Below, in pieces: positions 39,731 through 53,138 of a stretch of DNA of 64,000 bases; within the stretch, counting starts at the first letter, position 1, and every line of letters starts with the position of its first letter. A program made the position numbers and the translations under genes. Location: positions 38,626,001 through 38,690,000 of the forward strand of contig OX597840.1 of NCBI GenBank assembly GCA_951406725.2. Reading direction: 5' to 3'. Source of the DNA: Octopus vulgaris. Lineage: Eukaryota. The notes beneath the pieces were generated by a model. That model was not told the origin of the DNA. It worked only from the letters and a program-made list of their open reading frames with translations, and ran no database searches.

Positions 39731-41542
39731 AGTTCAGATTTTTCAGTTTTAGGTGTTTTGAAAGTGTTTCTAAAAGTAGGGAAATAAACTAAAGGATTCG
39801 CCTCCGTATTAAAGGAAGTGTATACATTTTTGTCTAACGTTTGTGCTGTTTACAATTTCATATTTAATAATCTATGAGAACACCTGATGTAGAAATGGTT
39901 GTTACATTTGTGATTGTTTAGTTCTTTGGCAAAGTTGATGAAGCAAAAACCGTAAAGAAAGGCATTCAGTTGTTATGTAACACTTCCTTTTATGGATTTA
40001 TTGAAGAATTAGAAGCGTGTTTTGATTCTCGAGTAGAATACTTTCAGATTATATTCTCTGTCATACTGAGGTCAGTTTCTTGTCATTAATTAATCTAACC
40101 GAAAAATGGCGGAAGATATTTCATCGCTCTCTCGTTCTCTCTCACTCTTTGGCTCTCTGTTTAGATATCAGTGAAGTTATGGTATATTTTCAGACAGCTT
40201 CTAAGTCAGCGCGAGCCCAATTCTTTCCTATCCTCTCTCAGGATATAACATTGAAAAAACTTTTTGGCAAGACCAATGCAGATTTTACGTCCGAAAAAGT
40301 CACAACGAGAACTTATGAACAGAATTATCTTTTTCGTGAAGCTACCGGAAATTTAGAAGACGCAAATCCTGATCCAAAATGTCTAGTTACTGTCATATTT
40401 TTGTAGTCGTTGTTGTTTTTGCAGCTACTCTTATAGTCTACTTACAGTGCATCCCCCATTTTGGTGAACTGTAAATCAGACACAGTACAAGTAAATTACC
40501 CAAATGTGCTCCTGCTTTTTACTGCAAAATAGGGTGGAACGCTAGTTGCCAATTTGTAACATTTCTCTTTTTATGTATCGATTTCCTTAAAGAAGCATAA
40601 AAAGTTTTTTTGGAAAGAGAATGTCAAAAGTAGATGGGATTCTAAGGCTTAAAAACCGATCTCAAACTCCGTTTAGGGAAAACTGTAGAATAAAAATGAA
40701 GAAATTCTGTATTCAAAATGAATCATTTAATTGAGAATACGGAGATATTGTGAATGGCGAATATGTGATTAGTTAATGCTGTGTGTTTGCTTCAACGGCA
40801 GATAAGTGTTAGCTGGCAGGAAAATTATCACCGTTTCGTGCCTATACAGAATATGTCCATTTGTTTACGCATTCATGCGTAATCTTCGTATTATTTCTGA
40901 AATCATCTAAGCTATCAGTGGAGTCCAGTAAAGGGCAAAGTAACGGGTGACTCATGACTTGGACGGTTCCATAGTGACAGAAATGACATGTTAATGGGGC
41001 ATAGATGATCGATTAGATGCAAATTGTGTGTGGAAGGATATAGAATCAGGAATATGGAATGAAGACAAATGTCTCAATATAAATTAGTCTAAATACATGA
41101 AAATCCCCCGACAATTTTCCATCTGATGCAAGAAGAGAACGGAAAGTAGGAAATTCGAAATTGCTGTTGTCAACAATGCGAAATGACGAGATTGCAAAGT
41201 AATTGATATCGAAATAATTGGGTGGATGAGATTTGCAACTGAAGAATATGTAAATATGGAAGCGTATAAATATCAAAAGAATTACTGAAATTTGTTCTTC
41301 CTAAAGAACATTCGATGTAATAGCAGAACAGATAGGATCTTTCGATATAGTATTGTGTTCTAAAGGACGATTGGATCATAATATGATTAATCAAAATTAA
41401 AACAACATTCCTTTACTTACTAATTTACGACATATGGTTAAATTTATAAAGAACAAAAAGCTTTGTTAGAGATATAAATTGCCAAATATATGTTGAAGCC
41501 TACGTTAAAATTTATTGTCCAAAATGCAGTCAAAAATACGAT

Positions 41543-41602
<60 letters not shown>

Positions 41603-41944
41603 GTTTGGTACCATTCATGTTTAAAACTTTCTTCTTTCGTCTGTCGTTTGTTTCTATCGTTTGATATCGGCCATATTGGGAGCGGCGCTTTCCAGGGTTT
41701 TCACTCTAACGGATCGATCCCAGTACACTCAATTTAAGTCTGGTACTTGTTCTATCGGTTATTTTTCCTGAACAACGACGTTACGGGGACGTAAGCAAAC
41801 CAGTACCGTTCGTCAAGTGGTCGTTTGGAAAAAACACAGACATACAATCACAATCTCAACCCCCACAAACACACACATTTACACACACATATATGCATCC
41901 ATACATTTAAACCTATGTAGATATATAATATATGCATATACATG

Positions 41945-42222
41945 GAGAAGTTCTTAACCATATTAAGCCAGAACTGTCGCTAGAAGCTAGGATCACCAAG
42001 CATAGATTGAAATATTATGGTCATATTATGCGGAGAAAATCCCTGGAGAAGGACATCATGCTCGGAATGGTCAGTGGCAAGAGAGGGAGAGGCCGGTCGC
42101 TGGTTTGACACCATTAAGAGTGACACGAGAATGGCCATAGCCAATCTAAAAGAAGCGACCCAGGATAGAACTGGCTGGAGGACACTGATCCATTGAGTGA
42201 CCGAGAGTCGACTTCGGCTGAG

Positions 42223-42226
<4 letters not shown>
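41945..42226 (+). mobile_element. RTE/BovB-like LINE 3' end
   Basis: EVLNHIKPELSLEARITKHRLKYYGHIMRRKSLEKDIMLGMVSGKRGRGR / WFDTIKSDTRM..LKEATQDRTGWRTLIH*VTESRLRLSG. Confidence 0.9.
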
Positions 42227-42289
<63 letters not shown>

Positions 42290-43418
42290 CCTTATTAGCC
42301 ACACAGGGCTGTAAACAGAGGGCACAGATTACAAAGTAGAGCTTTTCCTTTTGGGGAGAGAGAAAAAAAAAACAAAAAAAAGGGGGTAGGTTCTCGATCA
42401 AAAGGGATCGGAAAAGGGAAAGAGAAAAAAAGGAAAGAAAAAAAGGAAAGGAAAAAAGATGATCAATACATATGGAGAGAAAGAGAGGGGAATGTGTATG
42501 TGTGTATTAGATATAATAGCTAGATTGCTATTCAAATCTATGTTCATATATGTGTTGTCTGTGTTGAAATTTATGTTAAATATACATTGTAATGTATATT
42601 CCATTATATATACAAATATATGCTGAAATGCAAATTTCAGCGTAGATTGACAATGAACAGTGAAAAGGCTTGAGAGCAAAACATAACTAGTTGTCTTTCG
42701 ATCAATAGAGAAGAGACCGCAGATGATATTGGAAAGCTAGAAGTGACACTTGAATTACGAATTAAGATTGTGCCATTGTTGGGAATTACGCAGAATAGAC
42801 CACTCCTCACACAAACATTCATATATTCATACACACAAACACACACACAGACACACACACACAGACACACACATATACATTCATACACAGACATTCATTT
42901 ACAGACAAAAATACATACACACAGACACACATATACACACACGTAGACTTCTTAGAAAATGAATTCTCATCTCGCGACTGGAGTTTAACGCCAATATCAT
43001 CTTCAGGCGATTGCTTGAATATCGCAGTAGCATGAAAATCGAGTGGCAAAATATACAAAAATTCGATATTGTGTGTGTACGTGGTGCGTGAGAATGTATG
43101 TATGTATGTATGTATGTATGTATGTATGTATGTATGTATGCATGCATGTATGTATGTGCGCGTGTGTGTATATGTGTGTTTGTATATATGTGAGTATGTG
43201 TGTATATATGTGTGCCTTGTACGTGTGTGTGTAAACATCTTTATATTTAATATTCCACTTCGTCTCAAGCATTGTACGTTAACCTTCCTGGAAAAAGTTA
43301 AGTCCATCAGATCAACCCTAGTAAGTAAAGTCCTGTGTTTATTCTGCTGTCTCTTTTGACGAACCGCTTTGTTATGGTTGTGGAAACAGACCAACAAATG
43401 TAGTGAAGATTGTTTGCA

Positions 43419-43667
43419 AACATAACATGGCAGTCCTGGTGTAGGACGAATGTTGCTGTAATTTATCCCCAGCAGTCATCATCTCCAGCTGGCTGTACGA
43501 CACGGTCTGTGTCCTTATATTTTCGAACAAGGGGAATGTAGCATATATCACCTCCCTTGTTCGAAAATATAAGGACACAGACCTATCGTATAGCCAGCTG
43601 GAGACGATGTCTCCTGGGGCTAAATTACAGCAACATTCGTCCTAAACCAGGACTGCCATGTTATGTT
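43419..43667. repeat. Fold-back element (palindromic MITE-like), ~115-bp arms
   Basis: 43419-43533 pairs with 43554-43667 with a few mismatches and small indels; loop about 20 nt. Confidence 0.92.
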
Positions 43668-43799
43668 GGAAAACAGTTTTTAATACAAAGTACTGTTGCT
43701 GAATATCTCACGTTGTGAGATTTTAAAATAGTAAAACCAGCGATTGTTGTCAAGTAGAGTGAAGAGAATTACAAAACATACACCCAAGTCGGTTTAGGT

Positions 43800-43921
<122 letters not shown>

Positions 43922-43941
43922 CTCAGTCTCTCTCTCTCTCA

Positions 43942-43973
<32 letters not shown>

Positions 43974-43974
43974 T

Positions 43975-44347
43975 CTTTTGTTCTTTTCAGTCATTTTCAC
44001 TGCAGCTATGCTGGAGCACCACCTTTAGTCGAACAAATCGTACAGAGGACTTCTTTGTAAGCTTACTACTTATCCTATCGGTGTCTGTTGGCGAACTGCT
44101 AGTTTAGGGGACGAAAATACACCAACATCGGTTGTCAGCGATGGCTAAGGGACAAACACTGGCAGAGAAATGCATACATATATACGACGGGCTTCTTTCA
44201 GTTTCCGTCTACCAAATCCACTCACAAAGGTTTGATAGGCTCGAGGCTATAGTAGAAGGCACTTGCCCAAGTTGCCACGCAGTGAGATGAGACCTGGAGC
44301 CAAGTGTTTCGAAAGCCAGCTTCTCAGCACACAGCCCACTCCGGCAC
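43975..44347 (-). mobile_element. SINE family A (diverged)
   Basis: Colinear with 6604-7022. Confidence 0.88.
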
Positions 44348-44357
44348 TTATATATAT

Positions 44358-44550
44358 AAGACCGCTACTAGACTAGTACAATGGTCCAATAGTATAGAAG
44401 TCGTAGATTGGTTTAAATCCATTAAGAATAAGAAAAAGCCAAGTTTACACAATTCGATATTGTTGATTCTTATGTCTCTATCTCTAAAGAACTGCTAGAT
44501 AAAGCCCTCGTCTTCGCTAGCGATTTCGTAGAAATCAGTACACAGGATGT
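44358..44550 (+). pseudogene. Penelope-like reverse transcriptase relic (motif A)
   Basis: LVQWSNSIEVVDWFKSIKNKK, frameshift, KFTQFDIVDSYVSISKELLDKALVFA (cf. FDIxxFYPSI); bounded by TA-rich tracts. Confidence 0.75.
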
Positions 44551-46102
44551 ACATATATATATTCATATATATATACGCATATATATATACATATTCATAC
44601 ATATATTTTTATTTGTGCATATTCATAAATATGTAATCATACACATACCCCCCCCCCCACACACACACACAGATAAGATATCTGTATTTTATGAAAAATT
44701 ATTCATGAAGATATTTAAACTGTACCTCGCGAAACACAATTATAGAGAACCGTATTTATATTCTCTGAGAAAACCCGTCATAATTAATGAAAGCTAAAAA
44801 ATGAACCTGAAATTTATAGACAGTATTACCATACGAAAAAATAGTTTGTAAACTGCAAGATAAAAAAAAACAGCGCCGTCTTACTTTAATAGTCCTAACA
44901 ATATTATATTTTTTTTGTATAAATGGGTTTAGAAATTGGTTGTTATTTAGGGAAATTTAATCATAGCTGTGCCAATAACTTCATACTATAATTATTGGTC
45001 TCTCTCTAAAGATATTACCTAAATGAAATTGTGATTTCTTTTCAGATGTAGACAAAAGTATATAACCTTACATAATACGTACTTTATGAGCGCCTGTATT
45101 CCTCCACACATCGCTTTACAACATATTACTAGAGAAAGCTCTATGACAACTCACTGTTCCATTCAAAAATTAAATTACTTACATTCAGATATGTCAATAA
45201 CACACTATTGGCCTCGAGGATTTAATATATTTTTTGGGTTTCAATAGAATTTAATTAACTTCTCAAGCTATATAATTTTTTTAAAGACAAGACAAGTATA
45301 CTTCCAGGTTGAATGTTATATTTTCTATGATAATTTTTTATTTTCGTTCGGTTATTTTTTCTTCTGAAATATTCCGACGTAATCAACAAAGTCTGATTTT
45401 AATGGCTTACGTAGTTAATGACGTTTGGTAGTTTATTATTATATATAATTGCAGACTCGTCCCGAATTTAATTTTTAAGAAAAAATTCACTCGATGATAT
45501 TGTTGAAGACTAGTTTGAAATAAGGCCTGACTAATCAAATGCTTCATGAATGACATTCTGACTTTGACTTTTCAGAAATGGGATATTTCGAATAAATTTA
45601 TCTGAAGTGTAACCGTATGCTTCTATGATATTAACGAGGAATTTGAAGAAGATTATTAAATTTCTTGGAGGTCAGCCGAACCTCTTAGATGCTGTTTTGT
45701 TTTTCTTATTGTTGTGATTGTTAACATTGGTTGTTATGTCGCATTACTACGCAGTGGCTGTGTGAGCTACGAAATCCTCTTCGCCACTGTTATGTCGCAC
45801 GTTCGAATGCCTCTACTGCTGTCTCTACTCTCTCTATATCTACGTATTGGGCTAGCCTACTTCATCGTCTGGGGGCGTCCACACAACATTGGTGGAGCTA
45901 AAGCTCGTGTCAGAATTAAATGGCAGTTCCCTGAAAACGTTATTTGTTCGGGGTCTCTGAAATATGCAGAAGGAAAGCAGACCCGGTAAAAATGCTCGCA
46001 ACGGTAAATCCATCTAAAGCTCAGATATCGATGAGTAAACTGAGTCATGTAAATTAATAGAATAGAACGTCTCTTACGGCTTAACAATTTTGCTATTACA
46101 CA

Positions 46103-46320
46103 GCGTGTGTATTTGTGTGTCTCTGTTGGTCCTCCTAACATCACTTAACAACCGATGCTGGTGTGTTTACGTCCGCGAAACTTAGCAGTTCGGCAATAGA
46201 GACCGATAGAATAAGTACTAGGCTTACAAAGAATAAGTCCTGGGGTAGATTTGCTTGACTGAAGGTGGTGCTCCAGCATAGCCACAGTCAAATGACTGAA
46301 ACAAGTAACAGAGAGTAAAA
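46103..46320 (+). mobile_element. SINE family A, 3' half
   Basis: ACAACCGATGCTGGTGTGTTTACGTCC..CAGTCAAATGACTGAAACAAG. Confidence 0.9.
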
Positions 46321-46553
46321 GAGAGAGAGAGAGAGATGAAAATATTATTGTATTTTTATATTAACTGTTGAATAACCAATTTCTAATGCCTAACTGAGGG
46401 CAAACCGGCGAACGTTTGGAGCAATCCATTACTATTTACAAAAGTGTTTGTGTACGCACGCGCGCGCGCGTGTGTGTGTAAAGCTCATAGATGGAAATAG
46501 CAATGTTGTTCCCGTTCCCTCCACAAGAAAAAATAATTGTAAAACAGTATGAA

Positions 46554-46693
46554 ACTGTTGTGTCTGGGGAGAGACATTTTTTTTCGTGCCTTTTAATGTA
46601 ACACACTCACTAGTAAAATTTCCACTTATTTCTTATCTTTATTTTCCTAAAATTTTCGTTGCGTCTTGCAAACTTTTCAATAGTCTTGACTAC

Positions 46694-46744
<51 letters not shown>

Positions 46745-46882
46745 CTGTTGTGTCTGGAGAGAGTCATTTTCTTTTTGTGCCGTATAATGTAACACACTCA
46801 CCGGTAAAATTACCATTTCTTATTTCTTATTTTTATTTTCCTAAAATTTTCGTTGCGTCTGGCAACCTTTTCGAGTAGTCTT
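46554..46882 (-). repeat. Tandem pair of ~135-bp PLE-like repeats separated by (TA)n
   Basis: Copies at 46554-46690 and 46744-46882; each has a minus-strand motif of the type CTA-TTGAAAA-G-GTTGC..GCAAC-GAAAA-TTT-TAG. Confidence 0.8.
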
Positions 46883-47270
46883 AAAAACGAAGAATGAAAC
46901 TCTTTTACCACGGCGCCGCAATGAAGTGATATTCTTTAAAGAGACACCTCTGCCTACGTCTATGTAAATATAAGTCTCGATGCGACTATTACAATAGTTC
47001 TACAAGCTTTGTGAGTCATCCAGAAAATTACTTACGACAAATCCGCAAGAGCAGACATTGCTTTGTAAATGTGAGAAGCAGAATAAACACCTTTTCAGCG
47101 AATTACGTAATGTCAAAGAAGTGATTTCATACTTGGAAGAAAAAACAAAATACTACGTATTTCGCGACTTTCGTTTTCAGTCTTAAACAACTGTCACCTT
47201 TCCACGATGTGATACATTATTTATCATCATCATCATCATCGTCTTTGATTTAGTCATCGTCGTCGTCGTT

Positions 47271-47304
<34 letters not shown>

Positions 47305-48029
47305 ACATCCACAACAATACAACAGCATCATAATCAGTTTTACTAGGAACATTGAATAAAGAAAATTAACTGAGCACTCTAATCGACTTACACCTTCGTC
47401 CGAAATTGCAGTATGGCCGCAGTCCAATCACTGAAATACGTAAACCATAAAAGATTTCCAATGGTAAGTTGAACAATTTAACTTGTCTTCTTCATAGACT
47501 TGTGCGCTTGAAATATTATGATTTTTAACAATAAAATTTTAGAAATACACAGAGTGCTTTGAAACTTACAGAATTTTGCATACGTTTCATTATGAAAGAC
47601 ATGAAACGATAAACAACCACACAGGATTACCGCTAAATATGCCTTCTTACATCTCGTATAGCAAAGATTATTCATTATTCTGATGTGGTGGGGCAAAGCC
47701 TTTCATTTAATAAACACTCGTCACAGCCTGATCCTTTTCACGGGAAAGAATATTGCGAAATGAATGCAATTCATTTCTCAGGAAACTCCAGTAGTAAATT
47801 GAAATACCCAGCTAGGGATCAAATTGATTTATTGGCTATGTATTCAGAAATACTCAATGAGGAACAAATATGGCTGTTGGGTCCAGTAATAATGTTTCAG
47901 AATTTCCTCTATGAAAACAGAAAACAAAGCAAATACAACCTAAATTTAGTAGGTGAAAAAGGACCTATTCGACAGATTAACACATCTACAAAAATATGAT
48001 TATTACGAAAGATTGCAAACAAAATTTCG

Positions 48030-48376
48030 TTGTGGGAGCTCCAGCGTCTGGCGACGGACTTGGTAAACACCCACAAGGTTACCAACCACCTCACCAACAA
48101 CAACACTGAACACCTTTTTGATCTCCATGAGTCTAACACACGTGGACATGCCTACAAAGTCAGAAAACAACACAGCTCCCATGACTTTCGGAAACATTTT
48201 TTCACGCTCAGAGTTGCTGAAGCATGGAATAAACTACCTGCGTCAGTTGTTGACTGCCATGACACTGCATCCTTTAAGGCCCTCATGCTTTCCGAAATCC
48301 GCCGAAACTACACCTGATTATATATACACTTTAGATGAGTTGTAGTGCACCTGAGCACTGTACACAATTATTATTA

Positions 48377-48430
<54 letters not shown>
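48030..48430 (+). mobile_element. CR1-type LINE 3' end
   Basis: ORF-track peptide NTRGHAYKVRK..FRKHFFTLRVAEAWNKLPASVV..ASFK, then a short UTR and a (TTA)n tail. Confidence 0.88.
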
Positions 48431-48820
48431 ATACTATTGTACGATTATTCTGTAGAAAACGATTCAAAATAATGTTTATTATTAAAAAAAGCCAATACAC
48501 ACAAATCAGTGAAATTTATTAAACAGCTCACCAGTTTACAATACTCACTCCAAAATTCTTTAACTAATAAAGGCCTAGGTTACTTTACACACATCATATA
48601 TACACCTAGATAGTCTATGGACTACCAAAAATATATTATAAACTAGTTATAGAAATATGTGAAAAAGCAAAGACCAAACGTGAGAACATAACATTCCCTT
48701 TGCATCTAAAACTGAAATCAATTGTAGCAGAGCCGTCTTGCGAAAACGGTCGCTTAACACTTTTCCTAAATATTTTCCTCGCGTACATAAACGGCATTTT
48801 GCGAAATGATTTAGATACAA

Positions 48821-49227
48821 CTAGCAGTATCGCCCGGCGTTGCTCGGGTTTTTAAGGGAAATAACTATATAAGCATTTTTAGAGAGTTATAGCCAAAAAA
48901 TAGCAAAAAAATGCATTAAAAATGGAAAAAAAAATATGGTAATTTTTTTTTTAAATCGTTGACTCTTCGTAGACATTTTTAGAGAGTTACTTTCCTTAAA
49001 TAATAGCGAAAAAATGCATTAAAATGGAAAAATATGATGTTAAATTATTTTTGAATCGTAGACTCATCGTAGACTCATCGTAGACGCGCGCTAATACCCA
49101 GAAGGGCTCGATATGAATCACGACTATAAGATATCCGGTTTTGGTTAAACTGCACAACAAATGTGGGAGTAGTTAGGAATCTAAATCGTAGGAGACAGAC
49201 ACACAACCTTACTTTTATATATAAAGA
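48821..49227 (-). mobile_element. Non-autonomous Helitron (family H1)
   Basis: Minus strand A|TCTTTATATAT ... CCCGAGCAACGCCGGG ... CTGCTAG|T. Confidence 0.93.
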
Positions 49228-49514
49228 TTAACCACCGAGACAGTGCGGTAAACAAGAAATGCCTCTAGCGTTACATACCGACATTACACATAATTATGGA
49301 AGTGAAATTGTAGATTACAAGTCAAACTAATTTTATGATGTAAAAGCAAATTTATTGCAGATGGTCTCCAATTCATATGAGAAAAACAAATACCTTATGT
49401 TTAGTAATACAATCTACGGACAAATGTCACATATGAGTATGCGGAAGGATGTATCTCCAGCGGAAGCCAACCTGATCGCAAGGAAGTGAAAATCTGTGAA
49501 AAATTCTCACATAG

Positions 49515-49670
49515 TCGCAGGAGTGGCTGTGTGGTAAGTAGCTTGCTAACCAACCACATGATTCCAGGTTCAGTTCCACTGCGTGGTGGCAAGTGTCTTC
49601 TACTATAGCCCCGGGCCTACCAATGCTTTGTGAGTTGATTTGGTAGACGGAAACTGAAAGAAGCCTGTCG

Positions 49671-49713
<43 letters not shown>

Positions 49714-49931
49714 TTGTGTGTCTGTGTTTGCCCCCCTAGCATTGCTTGACAACCGATGCTGGTGTGTTTACGTCCCCGTCACTTAGCGGTTCGGCAAAAA
49801 AGACCGATAGAATAAGTACTAGGCTTACAAAGAATAAGTCCCGGGGTCGATTTGCTCGACTAAAGGCGGTGCTCCAGCATGGCCGCAGTCAAATGACTGA
49901 AATAAGTTAAAGATTAAAAGAGAGTAAAGAG
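49515..49931 (+). mobile_element. SINE family A, full length
   Basis: CGCAGGAGTGGCTGTGTGGTAAG head through GACTGAAA..(GAGTAAA) tail. Confidence 0.95.
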
Positions 49932-50640
49932 TATACTCTTCGAGATGAATTCAGCTGCTACACAATATTCATAAAACCATATGAACAACGAAAATTTTCT
50001 AATAGAATACCGGCAATCTAGTACACATTATGTATGACATGTAAAGATATAGGGTAAAAAGCTACATTAAATAAATCGGTAAAATACACGGGAAAACATT
50101 TTGCGGTGCCACGCAAAATATTCAAAGAAATCGTATAGAAGGAAAACACTCCCAAGTGCACATGAATGAAATTGTTGTGAACAGATTTTAGCAAAATATT
50201 CAGTCTTTCCATACTGTAAGTGGAGGGATTCGCAGATAGAAAAGCAGAGGAACAATAAACAGATGTATTTCTATTGAAAAAATACGAAACAAGAATATAA
50301 TGCTTTACGCTTTAACTAGCTGACAACATTGACTATATTCCTGTATATTTCCATCCAGTTGTTAACATTGATGCAACGTTTTTAACAAAGCGATAGCAAT
50401 GGTGTGATGCATGTCACTAAGTGCTTTGGGTGAAAACAAACTGAAATATAACTTTACTAATATATTTATTCTAATGATATTCGTGTGTGTGCCTCGTTGT
50501 GGATATAAGTATGCGGTTGCACTTTCGTTTCTGTATATCTGCATCAATGCATGTTTGTGTGCAAGAGTTTCTTTATGCCTTATATATATATATATATATA
50601 TGAGTGTGTGTGTTGTTATGATTGTGTGTATATATGTATA

Positions 50641-50678
<38 letters not shown>

Positions 50679-50995
50679 GGGATATTAGCCAACTGAATAT
50701 GGCTAGGGACAGGGTAGGGTGGTGGTGGTGTTACTGTTGCATTTAGCCCCAGGCGAACATCAACGTCACCAGATAGGCCTGACGCCATCACGGCGTCCTC
50801 TATCTTGCAAAGGGAGATCATTCACCAAGAAGCGGATACCACACACGGACCTAGGTTTCAAGGTGTATTGCCTTATATATATATATAAATATTGAGGGAG
50901 ATAAATTAATATTAATTTTAATATCAATTTAAAACCAGTAGTCTAGCATACAAAAATTCTGAGAAGTCAGAGAAAATTCTAATATATGTGTATAA

Positions 50996-51341
50996 TGGCA
51001 GGGCAAGACTGCTAGGTAGTCGGCCGTATGCTAGAAATAGATCATCAAGGATCAAACTAAAAAGAAAATTCTCTAGAGGAATAATTCAGCGAACACCAGA
51101 ACCAAATTTGGCGGACAGGACAGATGAAAATTTATATAAAAACAGAATTAAATGCATACCTTCGTTTCGGCCTTTAACAAAAGAATTACTTACATAATTC
51201 AAATGTCCGTGGCTTCATCAGTGCATTCGTTCAGTGTAAATGCAATCTGAAAAAAATAACCCCAGCTTTCTGTGCCAAGACAGGATCCTTGATGATCTAT
51301 TTCTAGCATACGGCCGACTACCTAGCAGTGTTGCCCTGCCA
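50996..51341. repeat. Inverted repeat (58-bp arms) enclosing a 230-bp insert
   Basis: 50996-51053 is the reverse complement of 51284-51341 with one mismatch. Confidence 0.93.
51151..51227 (-). ncRNA. Type I hammerhead ribozyme, near-canonical
   Basis: AATGCA-CTGATGA-AGCC[extended stem II]GGCC-GAAAC-GAAG-GTA^TGCATT: 6-bp stem I, intact CUGAUGA and GAAA, short stem III, GUA triplet. Confidence 0.7.
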
Positions 51342-51343
51342 AT

Positions 51344-51402
<59 letters not shown>

Positions 51403-51607
51403 TTATTGAATATTCTATTGGATAATAGGTCATGTTCCTCTAGTTTTCCGCTGGTGTTGCCTCCATTCAAATTATAAATTGGAACTTAGCTCAGTTTGAG
51501 TACTTCGATTCTAGCCTGTTTTCGAGTATTATTAATGTTTGCAATCTCTGTATAAAATTGAATAATTTATATATACACATATATACATACACACAAATAC
51601 GCATATG

Positions 51608-51654
<47 letters not shown>

Positions 51655-52404
51655 GCGCATGCAAACGTTTACATACGCTTGCAGGTGCATAGATTGTATC
51701 ACCAGGAATAGTAAACTTTAGAGAGGTTTACTGATCCATCTCTCTTCAGAATTAAAGTAATAATACCATGGCCACCACCACATAAATATCTCTTTCATTC
51801 AAACCCTCAAAAATAATACCACACTCACTTTCTGCAAAATAGAATATATTATGGTATATTTGCGTCCTTCCATCTCTGAACAGAATATAAGTGTCATGCG
51901 ACACACAGACCAACAATCTTCCTCACTTGTTTTGCAAACGTAAGCAATATGGCTATATAAACTTAATCCTGCATTAAGCTACAATCTCGTTGTCTGAAAA
52001 TGCATTGAAAAACACACCTAAACTTTGATAGTCTGCAAGTCAGTGAATAATATTTTTTTCTCTACCGAAAAATTTGTTTTGGTTAAAGCATTCACAAAAC
52101 TTTACTCTGTAAAACTTTTATATGAAAACGTTTATTTGGTAAAACCATTATGTGAAAATATTTTTTCGATACCGAAATATTTTAGTAATGTGATTCTCAT
52201 TTATTTTTTTAGTGTATGTGAAATTCACATAATGAAAATACTAATACTTTTACAGTATAACTGTTATATATGAAAAAATATTTGTTACGTGAAAACGTAA
52301 GTTTGAATTTATACTTACATCTACTGTATATTAATACAGGATAGAAATATTTAGCTCCTATATTTAAAATTTTATTAAACCATATAATATACATACGGGT
52401 GTTC

Positions 52405-52708
52405 TTGCTTGTTCCTTCTCGAGCCATGCCTGGCTCATAGCGCAGGTCTAGCGGTTTCCTTGGCGTATAGGTTCTCCACCTGGACGGGACGCCGGTCCGT
52501 CGCAGGTGAGCTGCAAGATGCAGGAGGAAAGGTTGAGAGAAGGTTGTGCTGAAAGAGTCATCAGAAATTCGCCATTACCTTCTGCCGGAGCCGCATGGAG
52601 CTTAGGTGTTTTCGCTCATAAACACACACATCGTTCGGTCTGAGATTCGAACCCACGATTCCTCGACCGCGAATCCACGACCTTAACCACTAGGCCATGT
52701 TCCTCCAC
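52405..52708 (-). mobile_element. SINE family D
   Basis: Minus-strand tRNA head TGGCCTAGTGGTTAAGG..GGGTTCGAATCTC. Confidence 0.9.
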
Positions 52709-52749
52709 ACATTCGTACGAGTGAGCATATACAAGCACACACACACACA

Positions 52750-52780
<31 letters not shown>

Positions 52781-53138
52781 GGAAGCACTCCGTCGGTTAC
52801 GACGACAAGGGTTCCCGTTGATCCGAATCAACGGAACAGCCTGCTCGTGAAATTAACGTGTAAGTGGCTGAGCACTCTACAGACACGTAGTTTTCGGGAA
52901 TATTCAGCGTGACACAGAGAGTGACAAGGCCGGCCCTTTGAAATACAAGGTACAACAGAAACAGGAAGTAAGAGTGAGAGAAAGTTGTGGTGAAAGAGTA
53001 AAGTAGGGATCACCACCATCTCCCGCCGGAGCCTCGTGGAGCTCTAGGTGTTTTCGCTCAATAAATACTCACAACGCCCGGTCTGGGAATTGAAACCGCG
53101 AGTCCGCTGCCCTAACCACTGCACCATTGCGCCTCCAC
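52781..53138 (-). mobile_element. SINE family C
   Basis: Reverse complement of 7780-8160; (CA)n next to the tail. Confidence 0.95.

Noticed and set aside
40600-41400. Repeat-poor stretch with an ATGCAAAT octamer, possible enhancer
   Set aside because: Such short motifs are expected by chance in AT-rich DNA; needs conservation or chromatin data.
42965-43010. Minus-strand CTGAAGA hammerhead-like start
   Set aside because: GAAA core, stem I and cleavage triplet could not be matched.
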